DNA of 63,000 bases, the filler included, from Basidiobolus meristosporus CBS 931.73 (taxonomy: Eukaryota; Fungi; Basidiobolomycota): NCBI GenBank assembly GCA_002104905.1. It is 3 parts of 3 records of this genome, joined end to end, with 100 filler letters (N's around TTAATTAATTAA, not from the genome) between each part and the next. Parts side by side here need not be neighbours in the genome. Positions count along the whole stretch, not along the records: positions 1 to 29,560 come from MCFE01000867.1; 2 more parts are not named here. One strand, 5' to 3'. Both the position numbers and the translations under genes were made by a program. A model generated the notes under the pieces. The model had not been told where the DNA came from. It saw only the letters and a list, made by a program, of their open reading frames with translations, and searched no databases. Positions within the stretch are counted from its first letter, which is position 1; every line of letters starts with the position of its first letter. Shown here piece after piece: positions 11,069 through 23,359 of the stretch.

Positions 11069-11856
11069 ATGAGTAGAAAAACTTTGTTTGTTGTTGGTTT
11101 TGGTTCAAGCTTACGTGCTCGTGACTTGGCTTATGAGTTTGAAAGGTACTAGGGTCGGGCTTGTCCTTAGTTGCAAGGTCTAATAGCACATGTAAACATA
11201 GATATGGACGTCTTATCCGTTGTGATATCCCGGCACCCAAAAGTCATTCGTCCAGACTGTAAGTAACCATCTTTGTTGAGATACCCGTTTAGAGCCACAC
11301 AAATATGATAAAGCACGTCCTCATCCACCTTTTCGCACAAACAAACAAAAGCTTCGCCTTCGTTGAGTTTGAGGATTCTAGAGACGCCGAGGACGCATAT
11401 GTGGAAATGCATGGGAGGAGTCTTGACGGTCACGCCCTAAGTGTCCAGGTATGTATGGGCTCCCTACCGGATTTGCTTGTCAGCCTAGTAACCCTATTAA
11501 TGAGTGTTTCTCAGTGGGCCAAGAATGCTCCGCCTAAAGGCTGGAGGGGAGGCAGGTCTCGCTCACCCCGCCTTAGTAGCCATTCGCACTCACGTGATCG
11601 CAGTTGGTCACCTCAGGGTAGTCGCGGCCGCCGCTCATACTCACGTTCCCGTTCCCCCACCCACGAGCATGCCATAGGTAATAAGCGTCGGCCAGGATCG
11701 AGGAAGCCCCATTCACGCTCGCCACCTCCAATACGCTCACCAGTACGCATTCGTTCGCCTGATTCCGAAAAAAGTGATTCTAATGGCCACCAGAGACCAC
11801 GCTCTACCTCCCCCATTGACTCGCCTAGCAAAGCAATGTCTGAGCCACAGGATTGA
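11069..11856 (+). CDS. srp1: SR-family splicing factor (RRM + RS domain), S. pombe Srp1-like; exons 11069-11145, 11202-11258, 11352-11448, 11515-11856
   Basis: Spliced product [61 protein letters not shown]...WAK followed by RS/RSP repeats. [10 protein letters not shown] and RCDIP are characteristic of fungal Srp1. Confidence 0.9.
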
Positions 11857-12508
11857 TTCTGGGAGGGAGTGCACCAACGTACACGCCTTTCAACCCTCGC
11901 ACAGCCCCTCATTTGATTCAAGCGTCACGAGGTTTGTAGACCGAGCTCAGATTTCACCAGCCTCGGTGAAACTTCGCTATATCGTCGAAAGCATCACTTA
12001 TCAATACCACAATCTTACCCACGTTGGTTGTCATACTACGCTTACGATTGAGACTCTTCACACCACACTATCACACAAGATTGCTCACTAGTTTGTTGCC
12101 GAGTATATACATCTATTAAAGAGTCGTTGGTCCGAACTTCATTGCGGTAGAAGAAATGAAAAGGGGATGGATCAGCTGGTCTTCATAGAGTTTATTCATC
12201 ACATCAATCAGAGCAGCACCAAGCCAACCGCCAACCGTGCTCTAAACAACTGTGTCTCTAGGGGTTCGACCTAGTCAACTTAATCCAGGTAAACGATCCT
12301 CACAAGCAGCTCTTCATCAAATGATGCCAGTATAAATTTCCTTCTAATGCACGGATTGCCGGATCTACAACACTACATACATTTGGGATACTGCAGAGAA
12401 ATCAACCTTACCGCAAAAAATCTGGTGAAATGGAGGAGTAGGAAATAAAAGTGATAGTACTTCGAGGTGGCTTATCAATCATTCTTGGCGAATCAGCATC
12501 CGGGGGGA

Positions 12509-13648
12509 CTATTCCATGGTACGCCCTCGGTTGAAGAAACCGCGGATGCCCTCGCGAATGGCGTGGAATGGGCCTCCCTTGGGGTGCCCTTTCTTGTCAT
12601 CGCTCTTGCTTTCTTGTTTGGTGTCGCCCTTGGCCGGGTCCTCCTTTTTCGTGGCATCCTTGAGCGGTGAGTCTGCTTTGGCTTCGCGCTTTTCGACTGC
12701 TCTAGGATTTTCCCGGTCGAAGAACTCTCTGAAGGAGTCTGTAAGTCTTTGGAAAGCACTTGTATCATCCTTCTTTGCGTCGTCCTTCTTTGCGTCGTCC
12801 TTCTTTGCATCGTCCTTCTTTGCATCATCCTTCTTTGCATCATCCTTCTTTGCATCGTCCTTCTTTGCATCGTCCTTCTTTGCATCGTCCTTCTTTGCAT
12901 CGTCCTTCTTGGCATCGTCCTTCTTTGCATCGTCCTTCTTTGCATCGTCCTTCTTGGCATCATCCTTCTTTGCATCGTCCTTCTTGGCATCGTCCTTCTT
13001 GGCATCGTCCTTCTTTGCATCGTCCTTCTTTGCATCGTCCTTCTTTGCATCATCCTTCTTTGCATCGTCCTTCTTGGCATCATCCTTCTTTGCATCGTCC
13101 TTCTTGGCATCACCTTTGCCCAAAATACGTTGTAATGCGGAGAACGCCTCTTGAATCAAGGTATCAGCTTTGGCGGAATCTTTTGGAAGAAGATTACGCC
13201 TAGTTAAGGCCGCAGTAATTTTGGCCTTCAGCACACTTTCTGGAGGAACCTGCTTTGCCTGACGTTTTTCTACTACCTTCTTCTGTTTGTTGAGCATGAT
13301 AAGCTCTTGAGTTATCTTCTGGATGGCTAGTTTATGCGACTCTTGTTCGCCAGATACATCCTTTGGATGCTTTTTTTTGACCATATGAAGTATCTCCTGG
13401 ACCAAACCCTCCTGCTTCGCATGCTCTTTCGGTAGCACGTTTCCGTGGGATAACTCGTTTTTGATCATCATGATCAAATTGGTATCTTTGTTGGGTAACT
13501 GGATATTTTGATTCGGACGGCCAATAATGGTATCTTGTTTACCCATGAGCTCTGCCTCGGTAGCCCCACTGTCGCCAAGAGCCTGGGCCATTGTGCCCAC
13601 GACACAAATGGCAAAGGCCACTTTAGTGAGTATTCCTGATGCACGCAT
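12509..13648 (-). CDS. Secreted modular protein, 379 aa, with (DAKKD)23 and two VEKR dibasic sites
   Basis: Signal peptide [23 protein letters not shown]; single exon; TATATAAA at 13830-13837 upstream. The overlapping ORFs in other frames are repeat shadows. Confidence 0.85.
   Translation of the reverse strand: MRASGILTKVAFAICVVGTMAQALGDSGATEAELMGKQDTIIGRPNQNIQLPNKDTNLIMMIKNELSHGNVLPKEHAKQEGLVQEILHMVKKKHPKDVSGEQESHKLAIQKITQELIMLNKQKKVVEKRQAKQVPPESVLKAKITAALTRRNLLPKDSAKADTLIQEAFSALQRILGKGDAKKDDAKKDDAKKDDAKKDDAKKDDAKKDDAKKDDAKKDDAKKDDAKKDDAKKDDAKKDDAKKDDAKKDDAKKDDAKKDDAKKDDAKKDDAKKDDAKKDDAKKDDAKKDDAKKDDTSAFQRLTDSFREFFDRENPRAVEKREAKADSPLKDATKKEDPAKGDTKQESKSDDKKGHPKGGPFHAIREGIRGFFNRGRTME
12764..13111 (-). 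repeat. 15-bp tandem repeat, 23 copies, encoding DAKKD
   Basis: Unit ttctttgcatcgtcc on the + strand; variation is confined to synonymous positions. Confidence 0.97.
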
Positions 13649-15148
13649 GTTTTATTTATCTAGAGCGCTCTAAGGTACGGTAGGTGATAGAGAGTATGGC
13701 TGGTTGGGGCCGGAAAGGTATCTATATTGAGATTGGATAAGAGGATATGAAGACACTGCTTTCTGAAGACAATATCTCCACTACAGCACAACTGAGTCAG
13801 ATATCCTTGATGAATCCCTCAATCGCTCGTTTATATAGAGTCACCAAGCCTGTGATCTTTCACGTTGTTCTCCCAGGAAGCGGGAGGGGCAATGAAAGAT
13901 CGCCTCTTGATTGATGTACCATGCATTGCACTGCCGCTAGTGATACCAGAGTCTCCTGCACCTCTAGTTGGCCCTTATGTACGATGCCCATATACATGTT
14001 AACAAGGTGCCACCACTCCTCTAGCAGGCCTCGCACACCCCCTTGGAGATGATGATTGTAGCGGCAGTATTGGATTGTGGGTGCACTCACCACAAATTCC
14101 ATGGTCCCGCCGAATTCGTAGTATTGCACCAGCAAGGCTCTACCATGTATCCATTGAGCGAATCAGCAACACAAGAACAGTATCAGTTCACTCTAGTAAA
14201 TAGCAGAAGATAGCCCTATCCGTCACACAGTAAACTGTGGATCAAAAGTGAGACAGAGGAGCAACAATTGTATCAAGGGATCTGCGAAGGATCATGAAGT
14301 GGATTGGGAATACGAGTAATGGGCATGGCTATTCTCTGGATCTCGCTGCACCTCAAATGAGGAGGTTAGTGAGCTGGCTGATCAGTCGAACGATCCGTTT
14401 CAATTGAGCCTCTGCAAGTTCTTACACGTGGCTCATGTGGCGGATGTCATGGCGATTAGTCCCTAGATAAGAGCCAGCGCTAATTAGATGGGAGGGCCTT
14501 GCGAAACGCATCGGACACCACATTGCACGTGTTCATCAGTGTTTGGTCTGGTCACTTAGCGTGCTGCTATCGCTGGGTGCGTGGGAACTCTATGCACACC
14601 AAGCTTTGTGGATGCTGTTCGCAAGCTGCATCACTATTCTGGTGCAGCTGGATGTTGTGAAAAACTGGAGGCGAATACCCAACCACGTGGGATCATTGAT
14701 GCTTGCTACTCAGAGCACACCAAGTTAAAAGCTACCGAAGAATAGCAACTTTCGTAATGAATCTGGCGATTCATCGTACAGCGTGCATGATCTGGGCACT
14801 GCTAGCGCCAGGATTTATTAGAGTCAACGGAAACTAGTTTACTGATACTACAATTCAACGAGGGAAATGGCCCATTGATTCAAAATGTATCCTTGATAAT
14901 GTCTATGAACAATCGACTAAGTACAACGGAATGGATTCCCACGAGGGTAGCGCGCTATAGATAAACGATATAGAAAAGCCCTAATCCTATTGCCGTCACC
15001 ACGGCACGGCTACCTCGGGACATGTATGCACATCGACCACCAAAGTCCAACTGAGGTCGTGGTAGGCTCCACTGGGATTCCCACTACCAATAATCATATT
15101 TACAATGAAGATTAGATCAGCCAGGATCAAAACAAGTGCCTTGACTGG

Positions 15149-15708
15149 TCATTGGGAGCCCCGCCAGTCCATGGCAACACCATTATCTTGGAGGAAGGCG
15201 TGGATCTCCTCGGAATCCACCCACAGATCGAATTGGAGGAAGTTCAGAAAGGCGCGCTCCATTCGATTGATCTCCTTCGAGCTCCAGCGGTTCCCGACGA
15301 CCTGCACAAGCTTGGCGGTGGTCAAAGGTTTATCATCCAGGAACTTGCTCGCGATCAAGATTCCCGCGAGGAAGATTCGATGGCACGCCCCGTACTCACC
15401 GACAGACCCTGAAGGTAACGCCTTCTTGAAGCGCTCGAAGTACACTAGGGTGGCCAAGAGAATCTCGACGGAGAGTTTGGCGCCGCAGACCGTCTCCCGG
15501 ATGAAGTCTGAGAGAGGAGGAAGCGGCTGCGTGGCGCCAGCCAGGGATGCAGGACAGTTCAACAACGAGCCAACCGATTGGGTTGTAAAGTCTACGGAAC
15601 AGGAAATGTCAGTGAGTGGCCAGATCCAATCATCGCGTACAGCTACTTACCAATAAGGCTGTCGGGCAGCGGATCCCACGTAGCAGGGGTGTCAATTGCA
15701 CAGCTCAT
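15149..15708 (-). CDS. Pho85 (PCL-type) cyclin, about 166 aa; exons 15708-15651, 15591-15149
   Basis: Cyclin box LPPLSDFI...LLATLVYFERFKKALP...CHRIFLAGILIASKFLDD...EINRMERAFLNFLQFDL. A 59-nt GTAAGT...TAG intron joins it to an upstream ATG exon. Confidence 0.88.
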
Positions 15709-18700
15709 GAGATGGGTGGGGGAAAGTACTAGGGACAGGCAGAATCCACGCGATATGGACACGATTCCGATGGATGGCAAGGTAAAACACAGTTTGAGAA
15801 TCATCGGTGAGTTTACTCCGCCTTATATATCTCGAGGCGGAGACAGAGGAGCCAGACAACCGGTCATCTGACTGCAAGCAAGCGCAGAACACTGGTGACC
15901 AATCGGGCGGCTGTCGGGGACGGTCTTATTGGGTACGAAGTGGATTTCAGACGAAGGTGAGTGGACACCAATTTGTTCGAAATGGTTACCACAGTAATTT
16001 GATACCATTGCCATGAATGGCAGGTCGCTTTGCAACCCTACTAGGCATGCCCTAAATCCGAACGCTTCGCTGTGATTGGAGCAGCCCATATATCTGGCAC
16101 GATTGCAACCAGATTGCCTGCCACTCGCCAAGCTGTGCCACGCTCCTCAAATTGCTGATGCAGAGTGGTGCATCCTATTACCTGATGAGATGCGACTAGC
16201 TGAGCGGAATCAGCACCGCCTGACATATAAGGGGAATCGTGAAATGGCTGCTGTGGATTCGTTGATCATCAACCTCAGTGCCATACGCTGCCTGATCAGG
16301 AATGGGAGCCAGCCAGATCTGTGTGGCAACGGAGTCGTCTTGGGCAGAGCTAAGCCAGCTGCAAATGCATGGAGGGCCATTCTCGACCTCATGCAAGCTT
16401 GGCTTGGCCTAGCTCTGATCAATGAGACTCGGGCCATGGGGCAGCAGGGATGCGGATGCGGCCGCCAATTGTCTGGGCGTCCTGCGAATGCCGCCAACTT
16501 TGAAACCGACACATAGTCATGGCTCACGGCAGACAGGCGAAACAGCCAGATTGGAATGACCAGCATCATCATGGTTTTGATGGGGCGGTTTCCAAATACG
16601 AACGCCCGTTCTGACCGTGGCCACAAAAGACCACATGCTAATCCCACCTCAGCCTGAAATGTGATGATACAGTGATCACGCCCCTCAACAGTCTGCGTAG
16701 AAAATTTGCGCATGCTTACCGCATCGCACATCGACGTATCTGATGAGGCGGATGGGTTGGTGCCGCTTGCGCCCTCCTGATTGGCCAGCGATCCAACAAA
16801 GGAGAGGTGAAAATTTCCACACCCTGATCCGAAGGGGCTGATCAGCTGATGCGTAGGCCAATCCTTCAGCATGGAATTGGCCATCAAGGCACCGATTCTC
16901 CATTTTAAGCAATGGTGGGATTGTCCTTTTGGCTGGATCGTCGATTCCTCGAACCATCGAATTGGTTGGGGCATCTCTCAAGTTGTCATGGCATCGAGGT
17001 GGACGATTGAGAGCCTCGGAGTGTGTCGCCCATCTGGTCGAGAAAAAAAATTCCCATTGGGGAGGAGCCGTCGTCGCCACCAAAGCGTCACATTTGGCCG
17101 TTCGTTTTGGCAACCAGGTTACATGGGCCACATTTCGAGCCCAGCATCGATACTAGAAATGGTCCTTCCAGCAAATCATCGGTGGTTGGGATGTCGCCGA
17201 CACCCAAATGGAATGGTCGCCCCACGCTGGGCCTTGGGACGTTTTTGCTGGCCATGATTTCCATCTTAGTCACCATCTCAGCTCCGCATCTCCTCACCCA
17301 CTCCCTGGGGGTTGGCTGGAGCTCCCTTCAGCTGGCAACAGTTGCGTCTCCGGAGCAGAGCTGTCGCACGACTGGCCATTTCACATGTGAGCCAACCCCG
17401 CCATGGCCATGTTGGCCCCTCTCGACGGCATCCTCATCCTTAGCACACAAGTCGGTGGCGTGTTTCAGGTTTCCACATAGTCATGCTGATCCGCGACGAA
17501 ACTCAATTCTTATTAGTGGTTGTCCACCATTCTACTTCTGGGCTAGTGTATTATCACCACATGTCAAATCCCCAAAATCACATGAGATCATCCCACAGGA
17601 GAGTAGGTGATGTTAGCAGGCCCTGTGTGTGACAGGTTTCCATACCACGTCGGTAGTTTGGGGCGGGTGCTCATCCTACACGCATTCGACTGAGTCAGTA
17701 ATGCTCCAAACAGCAGTCAGCATGTCGGCTCGAGACGGTTGCATTTTTCCAACAGGTGTGTCGCCTGTGGATTTCGAATTGTTGGATGGTACCCCGAGCG
17801 CATATGACCCTTGGGATTACATTGCGGGATGGAGATGGTAAGGAGTGCTACCCTCATTGAGTCGATTCCCAAAAGTACCTCTTCGGAGTTATCGAGACCG
17901 TGGCCACAGGTTAGTGAAGTATGGATACCACGTCATAGTCAATCGTTTCTGAGCGGTGGACTCTAATATCATTCGTGTGAGTTACTAGCCAGGCACCGTG
18001 CAAAAAACAAAGCGACAACAACACAAAGTTAGGTTGGGTGTGGTTTCGGCAGACCATCAGCCAGTCGAGGTCGGCCTTGCCATGAAAGGGTTTCCCTCAT
18101 GGCTGCTAAGGGTGATTGGTGGGACCCTTGCCCCAGCACCTATAAGGAATTGGCATGGTATACAGCACTTGGTTAAATGTAGGTTGCGCACAATGATTGC
18201 GATCTTAAGGGCTAAGAGCTAATCTCAGTGGAGGCTAGGCCATCTGAGCCGAATTTTCTCGAAAAAAAAGCTCGACTGAGATACACACTATTTGGTGAGA
18301 CTGGCACATCTACCTGATGTCAATCTTGGGGCGGGGAATCGAGGAGCGGTGGTGATGGAACTGCTTGTGCTTAAGAGCCGTAAGCAGGGTGCGCCCTCAC
18401 GCCTCACTAGCCAAATATACCAGCAGCCATTTGGTCAAGTATGGGCTGAATTGGTCCCCCTTGGCTACATAGACGTTGCTGGTGATCATTACCATAATAA
18501 TCAGGCCCTAAACACTCTTTAAACTTCCCTTTCTCCACGCACGACTATAATTGCACTTTATTTGCCTGTCCAAGACTCGATCGGTTGCTACTCAATTTGT
18601 CCCAATCTCTGGCCAATGGTCGTCCGAGTAGCTATCCTTTCCGAATTGGATAGCGCCATTCGATACCCAAAACAGCCGTGGGTTTGGATGCTTGGTAAAG

Positions 18701-19710
18701 TCCTGAAGAGATGTAGACTGAGGGCTGCACTTGGTCGGAAGAGTACAGGTGGAATGGCTCTCTAAGCAGGCTGCTTACAACCTCGTAAGCCCAGCCCATC
18801 CAAACCCCATGCTTTGATGGCCACATCGGTACCAACGAATTTACTGCAGAGGAAAGTTGGAAGTTTAATCGCGCCATCACCAAATCGAGCCTGCCCACTC
18901 CCGTTGCCGTCTCTGATTTGTCAAGATGGTTGTACCCCTCTACCCGCTCATCAATCAACTGTATTCATCATGATTATTGTGTCATGGCAATTTAATGACC
19001 GTGATGGCATTCGTCAAAGATCACATCAGTTGGTAGCATGGGGCCGAATGCGATCGCACCCGAGGTCACCTTAGCAGCCAACAACATAACAAGGCCCCCG
19101 CTGTAGGGAAGGCGTGGAGGTGGGCAAAGCATGCGTAGAGCCAGCGTCGCCAAGCCGTCAGAACGAAAAAAAATGGGCCGTCGAGGTCGAAAATTTGGAA
19201 TTCAAAATCCCAACCGGATGAGGGCCAAACCGAGTTAGTCGAGCAAAGAATATATGATCCCTTTCCATTCTGGTGCGAGGATGGCCAAAAAGGGGATTGG
19301 AATGCAATACATTGGCTGGCCTGAAATCCATCACCACCATGCCATTCGGCCCCACCCAGTCAATCGAGGGAAATGGATTTTTGTGTTCAAAATTTTCTTT
19401 GTTTTCTTCCGTCCATAGAAGTTGATCGAATATCTAGGGGATGAAAAAAAGTTTCCTCGAACGACTATTGGTAATTGGGGGTGGCCAGCAATAGACCAGG
19501 TTGCTTTTGGTGACCAGTTCCCAGGTACGCTGTTGTCATGAGTGGTTACAAGATAGGATCATCCACCACGGCGAGCCACCGATTTTTTTTTCTTTGTGCG
19601 CGGGGTACAACAACAAAACTACCCGGCAGTCACTAAAGGACCGTCTCTTTTCCTTTTCCTCTCCTCTTTTCTCTAGAGAGGGACAGTCACAGGGTTATTA
19701 GGTTTAGGAT

Positions 19711-20609
19711 ATGACCCCTACCCAGGTCGAGGTGGAAGCTAACTCTCCTTCGGTATCAGCCAACGAATGCGCTTCGAACGGCGGGAAACCATCCAAGGTG
19801 ATGGACGAGGCCTTGCTTGAAAAGATGCGGGCCGAGAACCGGGAAAGGAAGAAGAAGTGGAGACAGCAGAACGAAGAAAGAAGTAAGTGCCCCTTCCCCA
19901 TGCCGTGGGTGGTTCCTTTTGGCCCGGTGCTAACCAGTTTCCTGTAGACAAGGATAATGACCTTCGTTGTCGGGTGAACAAACGTGCGAACAAGTTGTTC
20001 GGTCCGGGTCCCAGCGACCACAAGACCCGTTGGACCGAGGAGGAGTTCAAGAAACGTCAGCAGAAGCGTAAGGAAAAAGAGCGCCGCAAGCTTATGGTTT
20101 CTGGCACCTCCACTATGGACGGAGGTCATATCATGATGAACGGCCAAGTCCCTCTGACCTCAGCCCCGCTTTCTGGCATGATCCACATGAGCGGTCCATC
20201 GAGCAGCGGATTCGTTAGTCCATCTCAGTACAGTAATATGGGGGTCCCGATTCCGATGCCCTACACTGGGGTTAGCTCTCACCCCATGAGTCTGCTCAAC
20301 ATGAATGCGAATGTCGCCAACAGCAACGGGCCCAGCTTGCCAAGTGTTAGCAGCAGCGCAGTGAATGGGATGTCCTTGATGGGCCCCATCCTGCCTCTTC
20401 CCAACAACACGGCCACCTTCAAATACGCCATCTCGACCAACCCTCACCCGGCCATCAGCGCGCCTAGTTCAACCAAAATGGTCAGCCCGGCCCCCGTCAA
20501 GAGTGAGTCGTCGTCGTGCGCCCCGGACTATCCCATGGATGCGGTGATGACCTTGATGCAGTTGAACTCGGGATGGCAGGGATGTAATCGGGATGTCAGA
20601 ACTAACTGA
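19711..20609 (+). CDS. DUF3020-family fungal nuclear protein; exons 19711-19882, 19948-20609
   Basis: Spliced motif RAENRERKKKWRQQNEERNKDNDLRCRVNKRANKLFG...WTEEEFKKRQQKR. The 65-nt intron has a GTAAGT donor and a GCTAAC branch site. Confidence 0.85.
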
Positions 20610-22609
20610 GCCTTTCGTTAGACCACCGACCCCGTTCGCCTCTGATACCATCTCAATATCCAATATATAGATAGAGTAATACTTCCCCTCCCGGGAACCA
20701 TTTAATAATTTCTCTCCTTTCCTACTCCCCTACCCTCCCATCTCCCTTCTCTTTAGTATCCCATGGAAATGCTCCTCTCGGTGTGCTCCCGGTCGGAGTC
20801 CACCTTCATTCGCATACACCCCCTAGGTGACCAACCTCCCGCCCCCCTAGAATCCCCATCATAGAGCAATGGGCTTTTGCGCTTAGATTCCCTCGGCAGC
20901 CGATCTGCCTTACTGTCTTGACTGGCCTCACATGTTCCATCCACACTTCCATTCCACCATCATCACCCCCATACCACCATTGCCATTACCATTGCCATCG
21001 CCATCGCCACCACCATTTCCATTTCATGTAAATTCTTGAATCCCTTCCCCCGATTAAACGTGCTCTGATCTGCCGCACTTCATGGTTCCCATCGTATTGT
21101 ATGTTTGCGCTTATTTGTGTGGGGTGGTCCATTGGGAGGTGTGCGGCATCTTGATCGAAGATACCCGCGTCCGACCGAGGTTGGAAATCTGGTGTGCCGC
21201 GTCCGAGAGAGATGCCCTCGCTGCGAAGGCCAGCGATGGGAGGGGGGCCTTGGCTGTTGCAAGGTGTCCATCCAGTCGTCTAGCTATCTCCGGACTCTCA
21301 ATGGTATCCAATGCCCTGCTTTGAGGCCGACCACCAGACAGCACCATGAATAATCCTCCCATGGCTCGCGGTGTCAATAGCCAATTTGCCAAGCAGTAAA
21401 CTGGATTGGAATGGCGATGCTACCAATTTTCCTTCCCGAGGGGGAGGGAATAGTGAGGAAACTTTTTTTTTGGGGGGGGTGGGAGGAGCAAGGATAGAGG
21501 AGTTTACCGCAACATGTTGACGGACTCGTGTAGAGTTGGTCTCCTCACTTTACATCTGCAATGGTGGCCGATGGTTTCTATGGGGTAGCTCAGGTGCGGC
21601 GCGGGTTGGATATTTGGAAAGGGTACCGAACCTGGTGTATGGACCGCCTTGAAAGCGCCTACTTCTTGACATTTCCGGGGATTCTTTCATATCATCCTAC
21701 GCCAACAATGTCAAAGTATTCACATTTCGCCAGAAGGTTGGCCCAACATGATGCTGATATACCACCAGTCTAGAGGTCGTGGTGATGCTCACTCACACGT
21801 ACCATTCAACCCGTGGGTTTCCGGTGCCCTTGATCACCTGCTTTCCGGACCATTGGGCTCGTCTGCTTTGAATGGATGGTTGTTGATTTGGGTCACCATG
21901 TTATCTGTTGGGTAGCGCAGGGACGTAGCCATACGTTCCAGTGGGCAATCAGTAGTTTGGGTCGTTCGTCCGGTCGATATTCTCTGATCTGTCTAAAACC
22001 AACTATGGCCCACACCTCTCGAGGAAACTCTACTGCTGTGTTCCGTGCTTGATCTTGCCATGCCCCATCAAAAGTATGCCTGGTAAGCTCGCCTGAGCAT
22101 ATCACACCGAATCATATGCCATCTCCCCATCAGATGTACCCCCCCTCCAGTAGAAACTTCTCCCCAACCCCATCGGAATGCCACAGGAAGTTCAGTGGTA
22201 TCTCAACGTGGCCTTACCCACGCTATTTGCAAAATCCGGGTCATGGGTCGTTTAAGGAAAACTCTGCGAAATAGGTAGACGCTGAGCAAACCGCTTCCCA
22301 TACGACATAGGAATTCTAGCCACCTTCTTTCACATCAGCCGTGGGCCCTGCTTAATAGTGAGGATAGGAGTGCTTGGACGTGATGGGGGGGGAGGACTTT
22401 TTTGGTGTTTCCACTATTTCCAGGAGTTAGTGAATCTCGCTCAAAACCAATTCACAGCCTGTATATGCCATTGACGGTCTCTCCGGTGGAATTGTTGACC
22501 ATGGTCTTCAAGACTTATTGGCTGGGTTAGAATGCGCAGAACCCATAAAACCGCCTGTTTGACCCGTAGAGGCGTCAACGGGGCGGAATTAGCAGATGAG
22601 ATCAATAAC

Positions 22610-22941
22610 TGTTGTAATAATTCGTAATTCCACCTAAATATTCACCTAACCTAGTCACTTAGATCATTACCCTCAAATCCTAGAGTATACTGACCAAATT
22701 CCTTGTCGGGATTTACTTGGAATATTTACCCAGAACATGAAAATTAGATAAGTTGTCCAAACTGCCCCAAACTTTGCACACATGTTCTTGGGACCTTCTT
22801 AAACCTATTTTACATGTTTGTTATACCAAGACCATGTAAAAGTATAAATACTACTTTTACATTCAATAGATCATCAAGTGAAAGCCACATAATCTACTTG
22901 TTCTCCCAATCACTTCCAATATCTCCAATACTCTTACAACA
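22610..22941 (+). mobile_element. Solo LTR of the copia family (short 332-bp variant)
   Basis: TGTTGTA...TTACAACA termini, no PBS after it, flanks ATAAC/CTAAC (TSD with one mismatch). Confidence 0.88.
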
Positions 22942-23359
22942 CTAACCCCATCAATAGAAATACCTCTTTGGATGATCAGACAAAATCTGGGACATTGCAT
23001 ACCACTAATAAGAATGCATCAGTAATAGTATCAACCAGGCAAAGTTGTAATCTGAGATATCAAATCTGCCTCTGGCTAATAGTTCTATTGATATATTTAC
23101 TTTTGTATCACCTGTGCGGAAAATTTGCTAATTACACCTCAATATTCACTTTTTAGTCTACAAAGCATAAAGATTTGGCCAAGTGTCTTGTTATAATTTA
23201 TCTGGAATACTGAACATATATATCATATATGCAGGACACAAACAACCAAAGAATTTGCAAACACCCCTGAACTTTGCATATGGACCCTTGGGTCCTTCTT
23301 AAACATAATCTATATGTTTGCTTTGCTGCTACTGTGCAAAAGCTCAAGTACAGTTCTTA

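Noticed and set aside
12764-13111. Regular short repeats resembling a CRISPR array
   Set aside because: No unique spacers, eukaryotic context, and it is a coding tandem repeat.
12493-13203. Several overlapping repeat ORFs (MQRRT, SSFFA, CIVLL, HRPSL)
   Set aside because: Alternative frames of the 15-bp repeat. Variation is synonymous only in the DAKKD frame.
15800-19600. Many 60-250-aa ORFs between the cyclin and DUF3020 genes
   Set aside because: Random-like composition, mutually overlapping, no domain signatures; consistent with GC-rich intergenic DNA.
20970-21025. (CCATYR)n hexamer run
   Set aside because: Short degenerate microsatellite in intergenic DNA with no evidence of function.
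21893-22105. Weak chromodomain-like look (EVWAIVGFR...LLIAHW)
   Set aside because: The aromatic-cage residues and the rest of the fold are not convincingly present, and there is no gene model.
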